In this document: positions 8,659 to 16,612 of the stretch, piece after piece | Layout: every line of letters begins with the position of its first letter | Position numbering within the stretch: position 1 is the first letter of the stretch | NCBI GenBank assembly: GCA_020722965.1 | Contig: DYJT01000011.1 | Span: 4,554 to 68,553, forward strand | Direction of reading: 5' to 3' | From: Brachyspira murdochii | GTDB lineage: Bacteria; Spirochaetota; JAAYUW01 | DNA length: 64,000 nucleotides | Notes under the pieces: generated by a model | Databases searched by the model: none | The model's input: the letters and a program-made list of their open reading frames with translations, nothing else | What the model was told of the DNA's origin: nothing | Position numbers and translations under genes: made by a program

Positions 8659-9754
8659 CGACTAAATTCTTCATTCTTTTCAATTCCAATAAATTTATCT
8701 TGCCTCTTAAAACACAGTTTTTACCAATATTTATTGCACCAGGCAGTAAGATATTATTCCCCAATAATGTATAGCCAACAGGTAATTCTTGTTCGTAAAC
8801 TATATTTTTTAAATTACTAGCAGAAGAATATCCAATTTTTGTATTTGGCCCAATGGTGATATCTTTCATAGGGTTTTTATTTAAACCAATTATAGAATTC
8901 TTTATTTTTACACCTTTAGATATGACATTTCCTGGTAGTATGATTGAATTTTGCACATGCACATCTTGTAAGATTATAACATCATTAAAGATAAGCGAAT
9001 CTTCTATTTTCCCTTTTATAATGGAGTTATAACCCAAATAAGAATTAATTATTTCTGCCTCTTTTGAAATGTATGTCTCGTCTATTTTAGAATAAAAATT
9101 AGTTAAACTATTTATGATTATGAGTATTTCCTGACTCTGAAAAAGTTTCAAATGATATTCAAGGTATTCTTTAAGATTAGATAGATGAAAGGAAAAATAA
9201 TTTTCAATACCTAATATATTCTTATTGGTATTCGTTATTATTTGATAAAATTGATCAAAATGATCTATTGTATTTCTTTTAATCAATTCTTTCAAAAATC
9301 TTACCTTTATTATAATCCCTTTGGTATCGGAATTTTCAAAGGCTATCTGGTAAAAGTTTTCTATTAAATTAATATCTTTATGGTTCCATAAATAATCTAT
9401 ATTACAGGGGATGAAGAAGATATAATCATCATCATCAAATTTTTTAAAGTTTATATAATCAATAATTGCTGTTGAAAAGAATCTAAATTGATCATTTGGG
9501 GAAATATTAATCTGCTCAATCCTTTCAGAAAAACCCTGGTTAGAAAAATTCTCCAGAACTGTCTTATCGTCAAAATCAACGATTACAGCATAACTTGAGT
9601 ATTTATTTTTTATACTATTAATTATATTTAATGAAAAAAGATTAAAATTTAAAAGCAATGGTAGAAAAGAAAAATTTAAATCATCCGTCAAACCGAGTAT
9701 TTTCCTATTATCCTGTGGTAAAAATCCGACAAAATGGTTATTCGATAGTTCCAT
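8624..9754 (-). CDS. GlgC/GlgD-family nucleotidyltransferase-like protein with C-terminal left-handed beta-helix; N-terminal G-loop degenerate
   Basis: 376 aa. The C-terminal hexapeptide-repeat region (..IEDSLIFNDVIILQDVHVQNSIILPGNVISKGVKIKNSIIG..) resembles glucose-1-phosphate adenylyltransferases. At the N terminus, VGFLPQDNRKILGLTDD replaces the GGxGxRLxPLT loop. Confidence 0.45.
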   Translation of the reverse strand: MELSNNHFVGFLPQDNRKILGLTDDLNFSFLPLLLNFNLFSLNIINSIKNKYSSYAVIVDFDDKTVLENFSNQGFSERIEQINISPNDQFRFFSTAIIDYINFKKFDDDDYIFFIPCNIDYLWNHKDINLIENFYQIAFENSDTKGIIIKVRFLKELIKRNTIDHFDQFYQIITNTNKNILGIENYFSFHLSNLKEYLEYHLKLFQSQEILIIINSLTNFYSKIDETYISKEAEIINSYLGYNSIIKGKIEDSLIFNDVIILQDVHVQNSIILPGNVISKGVKIKNSIIGLNKNPMKDITIGPNTKIGYSSASNLKNIVYEQELPVGYTLLGNNILLPGAINIGKNCVLRGKINLLELKRMKNLVDGGTFESTNFS

Positions 9755-9897
9755 TTTTTGCCCTAATTAAAATATATTTGTTATAAATTTTAAATCTCAA
9801 GTAAAAATAAACTTTTACTCAAAATAGTCAATTTAACTTGTGATTTGATATTTTTATGATAAAATTTTTGTGTAATTCAATAAACAAAGGTAAAAAT

Positions 9898-10434
9898 ATG
9901 AATAATCTTGAAAAAATTCTAGATGATTCAATAGCAAAAGTCAAAGACTTCCCAAAAAAGGGGATCCTGTTTTATGATATTACATCAATTCTCTTAAAAC
10001 CTTCTGTTTTTAATCTTGTAATTGAAAATTTATTTAATTATTATTCCAATTCTTCTATCGACGGAATAATTGCAGTAGAATCTCGTGGTTTTATTTTCGC
10101 CTCCCCTCTTTGCTTAAAGTTTAATGTACCCTTAATTCTTGCAAGAAAAAAAGGGAAACTTCCAAGGCAGACAATCTCCGAAAGTTATTCTCTTGAATAC
10201 GGACAAGAAACCATAGAAATACATAAAGACGATATTATCAAAGATAAAAATTATCTACTTATAGATGACCTTATTGCTACAGGTGGCACCTTAAAGGCGA
10301 TTGCTAATCTTGTAGAAAGATCTGGAGCAAAGGTTTGCGGTATAGCAGCAGTTATAGGTTTACCATTTTTAAATTATGACAGATTAATTGGCAAATACAA
10401 TGTTAAAACTTTAATAAATTACCATACTGAGTAA
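9898..10434 (+). CDS. apt: Adenine phosphoribosyltransferase
   Basis: PRPP loop LLIDDLIATGGT and the N-terminal FPKKGILFYDIT motif. I moved the start from the ORF-track 9856 to ATG 9898, which has AAAGG about 8 nt upstream. Confidence 0.9.
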   Translation: MNNLEKILDDSIAKVKDFPKKGILFYDITSILLKPSVFNLVIENLFNYYSNSSIDGIIAVESRGFIFASPLCLKFNVPLILARKKGKLPRQTISESYSLEYGQETIEIHKDDIIKDKNYLLIDDLIATGGTLKAIANLVERSGAKVCGIAAVIGLPFLNYDRLIGKYNVKTLINYHTE

Positions 10435-11095
10435 AGAAATTTAATAATCTTTGTATCTTTTTTTGTGAACCTAGACTCTTTATCTGGTTTTGATTGAAAA
10501 TTGAGTTAATTATATTTACATATCGATCGGTGTTTTCACCTTCTATTTCCAATTCATAGTCTTCAAAATTTTTACTTTTATCATTACTATAATGTTTAAC
10601 AAGATCTAAATCGAAAGGCATATTGTAAAATTGTAAAATTCCGTGAAATCTTTCAATTTCATTTTGCCCTAAAAGTTCAAGATAATCTTGATTTATTGAT
10701 AGATCATTTTTAAGTTCCTGTATAAATGAAATTGTTTGTTGATTTATTCCTAATTCATTTAATTCTTTTACATTAAGCGGAAATTTATCTTTGATCCTTT
10801 CTATATTAATATCATCAATTATGAAATCGAATTCTTTCGCCACCTGTAACTCTGGACTTTGTTCATTAGGTAATCTGCCTATTAGATTTGCCTTTACATT
10901 TAAGTGATAATGATCAAATCCTTCCCATCTTCTTATTCTAAAAGCCATTGAAGGCAAAAAAGTAAAAGGAATTGTGTCATAATAATATGTATAAATAATA
11001 GAAAGCTTTTTGTTTTCACCATAAAGATCAAAATATTGTTTTAATTTTAAATAATCCTGTTTTGATAATGAATATTTTAATTCTTTTTCGATCAT
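10403..11095 (-). CDS. CYTH-domain (triphosphate tunnel metalloenzyme) protein
   Basis: 230 aa with an N-terminal ExExK signature (IEKELKY). The alternating charged beta-strand pattern is typical of CYTH. Its 3' end overlaps apt convergently by 32 nt. Confidence 0.55.
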   Translation of the reverse strand: MIEKELKYSLSKQDYLKLKQYFDLYGENKKLSIIYTYYYDTIPFTFLPSMAFRIRRWEGFDHYHLNVKANLIGRLPNEQSPELQVAKEFDFIIDDINIERIKDKFPLNVKELNELGINQQTISFIQELKNDLSINQDYLELLGQNEIERFHGILQFYNMPFDLDLVKHYSNDKSKNFEDYELEIEGENTDRYVNIINSIFNQNQIKSLGSQKKIQRLLNFFTQYGNLLKF

Positions 11096-11133
11096 ACATA
11101 ATCCTTATCTTTTTTTGAAAAATTTTACTAAAA

Positions 11134-11694
11134 TTAAGTAAATTTATTTAAAAATCTATATCTAATCTCTTTTACCACTTTTTCCCCAAATGAACTATCC
11201 TTCTTATAAGGTAAATTTTGTAATTTAATATAATTCAACATCTTTTGTTTCCAGGATTTATCTGAAGAATCTATGATAAAATCACAGTAATTGAAATAGA
11301 TAGGAAGCCTTTGAAAATAAAGTCTTTCAAACTGATCAAAATTTGTAACCTTAGGTCTACCGCTACTACGAACTCTTTCCCATAAAATATTTAAAGGAGT
11401 ATATAAAAATATAATTTTGTTTTTATTTTTTAGTTCAATCAAACTGTTAACAGAAGATAGAGTCCCGCCTCCTAAGGATATTATAATGTTATCATTAAAA
11501 AGTAAATTTTGAAAAATAAAAATTTCAAATTCTCTGAATGACCTCTCTTTATATAGAGTAAAGATTTGGTCTATTCTTTTACCTGTGATTATTTGAATTA
11601 ATTGATCTAGATCAAAGCAATTGTAATATTTACTAAGAAATTTAAATGCAGAGGTTTTACCACAGCCCATATAACCAGAAATTAGTATATTCAC
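11134..11694 (-). CDS. aroK: Shikimate kinase
   Basis: 186 aa with Walker A GYMGCGKTS, a DLD shikimate-binding motif and LGGGT. The GTG start forms a GTGA overlap with the stop of the upstream MBL gene. Confidence 0.75.
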   Translation of the reverse strand: MNILISGYMGCGKTSAFKFLSKYYNCFDLDQLIQIITGKRIDQIFTLYKERSFREFEIFIFQNLLFNDNIIISLGGGTLSSVNSLIELKNKNKIIFLYTPLNILWERVRSSGRPKVTNFDQFERLYFQRLPIYFNYCDFIIDSSDKSWKQKMLNYIKLQNLPYKKDSSFGEKVVKEIRYRFLNKFT

Positions 11695-12593
11695 AGGTTT
11701 AAAACTAGTCCTTCTCTCGCTAAAATTACCTTCAAATTTAAATTGTTTTGAAATAGATATTTTTGTATAATACCATCAATGTAATCAAGTTGATTATCTG
11801 TTCTAACAGGATCATGATGAAACAATACGACAGTCTTAACATTTGCTTTTAAACCAAGGCTTAATGCATATTCATAATATGAATGGCCATATCCTTTTTT
11901 TGATTCATTATACTCCTTTTTCGTATACTGACCATCGATAATAGCATAATCAGCATTTTTGCAAAATTCAATTAGTTTATTGTTTAGCTTAACAATTTCT
12001 TCAAAAGACAATTTGCCCTGTAAATTTTTTGCTTGATTATCATCGGCAAAAAAATTGTCATATGGTTCATGATCATATACTGTTACAAGAACTTTGTTCA
12101 TATATTCTATTCTATAACCCAATGTAATACAAGGATGATTTAACCTTATAGTCTTAATTTTTACATCATATATAGAAAAAGTAGTTTCAGTGAGTTGTAA
12201 TTCTCTAATCTTAGCTTCTATTTCATGCACGCTCACAGGAAAATATTTATGTTCAAGCTGAGAAAGAATGATCTCTTTTAGTGTCTGCTCAGTCGATGAT
12301 TCGGGTCCATACATTGAAATAGTATTTTTACCCTGGTAAATTGGTGCAAAAAAAGGGATTCCCATTATATGATCCCAATGAGTATGGGTAAATATAATAT
12401 TTATATCTAAAGGTGTCCTTTTATTATTTAATAGATAATTTCCTAAAGACCTTATCCCTGTTCCAGCATCAATAATAATATACTTCTGCTCATCAAACTC
12501 AACCAGTATAGAGCTTGTATTCCCGCCATATTTAATGGTGAAAGGACCTGGTACGGGAAAAGACCCACGAACCCCAAAAAGAGTTATCTTCAT
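11691..12593 (-). CDS. MBL-fold metallo-hydrolase
   Basis: 300 aa with HxHxDH as HTHWDH and an N-terminal LFGVRGSFPVPG...YGGNTSS...IIDAGTG pattern. An ATGA overlap joins it to the rhomboid stop. Confidence 0.7.
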   Translation of the reverse strand: MKITLFGVRGSFPVPGPFTIKYGGNTSSILVEFDEQKYIIIDAGTGIRSLGNYLLNNKRTPLDINIIFTHTHWDHIMGIPFFAPIYQGKNTISMYGPESSTEQTLKEIILSQLEHKYFPVSVHEIEAKIRELQLTETTFSIYDVKIKTIRLNHPCITLGYRIEYMNKVLVTVYDHEPYDNFFADDNQAKNLQGKLSFEEIVKLNNKLIEFCKNADYAIIDGQYTKKEYNESKKGYGHSYYEYALSLGLKANVKTVVLFHHDPVRTDNQLDYIDGIIQKYLFQNNLNLKVILAREGLVLNL

Positions 12594-13537
12594 CTACCTA
12601 AATCCTGTTTTTTTAATACATCCCTAAGTATACAATGTAAAAGTTCTTTACAATTCAGGCACTTCTGGTCATCATACTTAAATTCGGAAGGCTCACATAG
12701 GACAATAGTATTTCTTTTATCCATCTCTACCAATTTCATAAGTGTAGAAATTTCCTGTTGCGAAAATCTAATATTATTTTTAAGCTTATAAAGGCACATA
12801 TTAATGAAAAAAGCCAGTTCTTGTGGGGACATCTTTACTTTATTGCCAAATCTTGAAAACCCAGAATTCTGATTCTTTCTTGCGTCCCTTGTAACGGTTA
12901 TATCTATCTTAATTAACTTGAACATAATTGCGAAAAGTATAAATCCTACCAGTAAACCAGACAAATGAGCCCAATGCGCTACATTCCCGCCACTACCTGA
13001 AAATTCAGCCATTAAATCTCCTGCAAGAAAAAATAAAGGTAAATACTTCGCCTTTAGTGGAATTATAAAGAAAAGCATTATTATTGCATTAGGGAAAGTA
13101 AAGGCAAAACCAACTGTTAAAGCATAAATGACTCCTGAAGCACCAATCATGGGTGAAAGTAAACCTGTTCGTAGGTAAATTGAAGTATAGATAAGAGAGG
13201 AAACCACCCCTGTTAAAATACCTGATAAAAAGTAAAAAACCAAAAATCTTTTTTTACCCCATATTCTCTCGAGCGGAATTCCAAACATTAATAATGCAAA
13301 CATATTAAAAAATATATGACCAATTCCATTAATATCATGAAGAAAAAAATGAGTTAAAAACTGCCAAAGATAAAGTTTAGTAAAAACATAATATGGGACC
13401 AGGGAAAATTTTTGAAGGATATAATTCCATGGTAGTATTTGCAAGTTACAAAAAAAATAAATTACTACATTAATCCCAATAAGAATATAAGTAATAGGTA
13501 AAGTCTGATTTTTTCTTTGATATCCAAAATTCATCAA
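12590..13537 (-). CDS. Rhomboid-family intramembrane serine protease with Cys-rich cytoplasmic tail
   Basis: 315 aa with HFFLHDINGIGHIFFNMF (the HxxxxHxxxN region), catalytic GASGVIYA and the AHLSG histidine. The C-terminal roughly 100 aa are soluble and contain C-x11-C-x2-C-x5-C. Confidence 0.8.
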   Translation of the reverse strand: MMNFGYQRKNQTLPITYILIGINVVIYFFCNLQILPWNYILQKFSLVPYYVFTKLYLWQFLTHFFLHDINGIGHIFFNMFALLMFGIPLERIWGKKRFLVFYFLSGILTGVVSSLIYTSIYLRTGLLSPMIGASGVIYALTVGFAFTFPNAIIMLFFIIPLKAKYLPLFFLAGDLMAEFSGSGGNVAHWAHLSGLLVGFILFAIMFKLIKIDITVTRDARKNQNSGFSRFGNKVKMSPQELAFFINMCLYKLKNNIRFSQQEISTLMKLVEMDKRNTIVLCEPSEFKYDDQKCLNCKELLHCILRDVLKKQDLGR

Positions 13538-13597
13538 TAATTCCTTTATGAATACAATCTGGATTTAAATTATCATAAAATCTTCTGTTGTAAAATA

Positions 13598-16585
13598 TTA
13601 AACCAAAGATTCTGCCAGTTTTGAGGAAATATGATAATATTCCTCTTTTTCTTTCTCATTCCCCTGTCTTGAAAAGATAAATATGACTCCTAACAGCTGA
13701 CCTTCATCGAAAATACCATGTACATACATAGAATTCATTTCAGAAAAAAGCTCTGAATTTTTCTGAAGTAAAGGCTCGAATCGATTTATCCCTTCTGGAA
13801 TATAAATATCTTTTCTTAGTGTGGCTAATTTTTCAATAATAGGCTCATCTTTATCAAATTGGATCTCATAAAAATTACTATCAGAAGTACCACTACATGT
13901 AAAAAAATCTGGTTCTGCTTTATAAAAGGCAATTGCATCTATGTTATACTTTAAAGCAAAAGAGGAACATATGTCATCAAATGGTAATTTCTTTTCAATT
14001 GCTACCTCAGTATTTAAATCCTTAAATTCATCTTCAGAAATTTCTGGGAAATTTAAATCCTCCAAATTTTCAACATTTAAATCTTGTGATTCTTCATTTG
14101 TATTTAAAGATTCTGGAACTATATCTTCAATAGCAGCGTTTTCCATATCATTTTCTTTACCGGCAATTGTTTCATTTTCCAGTCCTGTCTGTTGGTAAGT
14201 TTCTTCTAATTCTTGTTTTTCTACTTCTTTAGTAACATTTTCAAGTTCTTCGGTTGATAGAGCTATTTCATCCGATGAAATATCACCAAAAAATTCACTT
14301 TCTTCTTCTTTTAGGTCTTCAACCATTTCATTACTAATTTCTTCGCTTTTTTCTTCCATTTTTTCTTCGTTTTGAATCTCTTGTATTTGTTCACCTTGTT
14401 GTTTGTCTTCGATTTCTAATTCTTCAGATAAGCTTCCAATAGGTTCTATATCAGAAAATTCGTCCAATGATGAAGGCATTTCTTGCAGATTTTTTTCAAT
14501 CTGTTCATCTGGTAATTTTTCTTCCAGCTCTTCTATTGGTGGAATTTCGAATTCTTCTGTTTTTTGTTCAGCTTGCTCAATTTCTTCTAATTCTTCAACT
14601 GTCTCTTTACCCGTGATTTCTGCTGAAATTGATTCTTCATAAGGTTTTTCAATGTTAAACTCTTCATTTGCCTCTAGTTCTTCTATTTTAGGTAATTCCG
14701 TGAAAGAAGATTCTTCTTCGGCAAATGTTTCGGCAGTAGTTTTTGGTTTTTCTTCGGTAAGAGAAGAAAAATCTTCTAAAGGTGGAATTTCTTCACTAAT
14801 TTCAACCGATGGTATTTCATTATTTTCTTCTGCAACCAGCTCTTCCAAAGTTGGTAGTTCTTCCTCTGAACTTTTTAATTTGTTAAAATTCAAATCTTCA
14901 TTTTCTTTGCTTTCTTCTAAAATAGTTTGATCCTCTAAATCTGGTAATGAAATTTCCTCAGGATTTATTTCTGGCATCGTTTCATGAATTGATTCCACTT
15001 CTTCCAATTTTTCTTCAACTTTTTCTGCTACTTGCGGTATCTGATTGCTTTGATTTTCTTCGACTTCTTCCTCAACCTGGACGGGCTGTTCTATTTGCTC
15101 TTCTAGTTTCTCCTCACCAATTTCAGGTAATTCCATGGATTCAAGTTCTTTAATCTCTTCCTTTATTGAAACTACCTCCTCTGGAAGTTCAAATTCCTGG
15201 TTTTCTGTGGGTTTTTCAAAGGATTCTTCTTGTTTATACTCCTCTTTAGATGCTTCCAGCTCTTCAAGACTTGGTAACTCACTTCCTTTAAGCTCGAATT
15301 CTTTTCCCTCTTGTATCTGCTCTATATTTTCTTCAAAACCTGTCTCCGAAAGAGAAAGCTCTTCTTGAGTTTTTTCTGTCGAAAATTCTGGTAATTCTGT
15401 GGACTCTGTTACAGGAACTTCAGGTGGATTAAATAAATACTCTTCTTCTAATGTAACTTCTAATGGTGATTTTTTTTGTGTTACATCCTCGACAAGAGAT
15501 TTAAATGATTTATCTAACGTTTTTTCTGTATTGACTTCTTCGAAAAAGAAATCTTTTTTCTTTTCATCACTTGAAACAGCAGATAAAAATTCCTCTTCTT
15601 CCTGCTCATTTTTTAATTCTTCATATTGCTCAGGCTTTTTATAATACTTATTACCCTGAACATCGATTTGTTCTTCTTTTGGTGAAAAGAAAAATGCTAA
15701 AAGCACATAAATAATTAAAATTATGATTGTAAGTAAATAAAATGATATAACTACCTGAACTATTAAAGGTGTTCCTACCTTATTATATGGTAATACAACA
15801 ACATGCTTTCCAGATTTCCCAACCTGACTTGAAAAAAAGTAATATTTAGTTTCTCCAATTTTCACAGGTCCTAATGTCTTATTTGATTCTTCTATAGAGG
15901 TAAGGACATCGGAAAACCTAGTTTTTTGTTCTAGAAGTTCTTTTTCTACATTATAAATAATCATATTGTATTGTCTTACGAAGACAAATTTTTTTATACT
16001 TAGAGGACTTTTTTTGATAGGCTCAGCCAATAGTGAAGTACCGGAATAATGAAAGAGAGCCAAACCAAGTACTTTACCATTTTTTTGAACTGGATACCCT
16101 AAAACGACTTCATCTGTTTCTTGAATCTCTTTTGAAGTTTGAAAAGGTAAAATAGAATATTCTTTAGTTAAAAAATTGTTAAAATAATCCGATGCGATGA
16201 CCATCCCTTTTCTTTTAGATGCATAAGGGGGATAGACAAAAAAGATTGTTTTTTCGTTATTGACAAAGGTTATGCCATAGCAGTTTTTGTTTCTGATAGT
16301 ATATTCATAAACTTCACTGTAAACTTTATCAGTTATAATCTGATTCTCGAAACTATCTACTATAAAAGAGTTTTCTGTCAAATCCTTCATCTTGGCTCTT
16401 TCAATCTGTAATTGACCCAAAAACTCTATGCCTATTTGATCTACCTGTTTTTGTATTGATTGTATAGTATTAGAAACATTAATAGAAATAGGTATAATTT
16501 TTAAATTATAACCAATTGCTAATATTAAAAACAAAATTAAACCTAGAAAAATTGAAATTAGAATGTTTTTAGCGCTCTGGCTCAT
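13598..16585 (-). CDS. Bitopic membrane protein: Cache-like ectodomain, TM, about 570-aa poly-acidic linker, GAF-like C-terminal domain
   Basis: 995-aa ORF with TM1 ILISIFLGLILFLILAIGY and TM2 VVISFYLLTIIILIIYVLLAFFF. A Glu-dominated region with repeated ELPxLEEL-type motifs follows. The last roughly 140 aa have ordinary composition and a GAF-like pattern (..NIDAIAFYKAE.., ..GQLLGVIFIFS..). Confidence 0.5.
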   Translation of the reverse strand: MSQSAKNILISIFLGLILFLILAIGYNLKIIPISINVSNTIQSIQKQVDQIGIEFLGQLQIERAKMKDLTENSFIVDSFENQIITDKVYSEVYEYTIRNKNCYGITFVNNEKTIFFVYPPYASKRKGMVIASDYFNNFLTKEYSILPFQTSKEIQETDEVVLGYPVQKNGKVLGLALFHYSGTSLLAEPIKKSPLSIKKFVFVRQYNMIIYNVEKELLEQKTRFSDVLTSIEESNKTLGPVKIGETKYYFFSSQVGKSGKHVVVLPYNKVGTPLIVQVVISFYLLTIIILIIYVLLAFFFSPKEEQIDVQGNKYYKKPEQYEELKNEQEEEEFLSAVSSDEKKKDFFFEEVNTEKTLDKSFKSLVEDVTQKKSPLEVTLEEEYLFNPPEVPVTESTELPEFSTEKTQEELSLSETGFEENIEQIQEGKEFELKGSELPSLEELEASKEEYKQEESFEKPTENQEFELPEEVVSIKEEIKELESMELPEIGEEKLEEQIEQPVQVEEEVEENQSNQIPQVAEKVEEKLEEVESIHETMPEINPEEISLPDLEDQTILEESKENEDLNFNKLKSSEEELPTLEELVAEENNEIPSVEISEEIPPLEDFSSLTEEKPKTTAETFAEEESSFTELPKIEELEANEEFNIEKPYEESISAEITGKETVEELEEIEQAEQKTEEFEIPPIEELEEKLPDEQIEKNLQEMPSSLDEFSDIEPIGSLSEELEIEDKQQGEQIQEIQNEEKMEEKSEEISNEMVEDLKEEESEFFGDISSDEIALSTEELENVTKEVEKQELEETYQQTGLENETIAGKENDMENAAIEDIVPESLNTNEESQDLNVENLEDLNFPEISEDEFKDLNTEVAIEKKLPFDDICSSFALKYNIDAIAFYKAEPDFFTCSGTSDSNFYEIQFDKDEPIIEKLATLRKDIYIPEGINRFEPLLQKNSELFSEMNSMYVHGIFDEGQLLGVIFIFSRQGNEKEKEEYYHISSKLAESLV

Positions 16586-16612
16586 AATTGCCTCACTTTA
16601 TTTTAGTTTATC

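Noticed and set aside
13941-15644. Six + strand ORFs (63-92 aa) with Ser/Phe-rich translations inside the 995-aa gene
   Set aside because: They are the antisense reading of a GAA/GAG-rich (Glu) coding region. TTC/CTC runs give S/F/L-rich open frames automatically. They have no RBS, no start context and low-complexity products.
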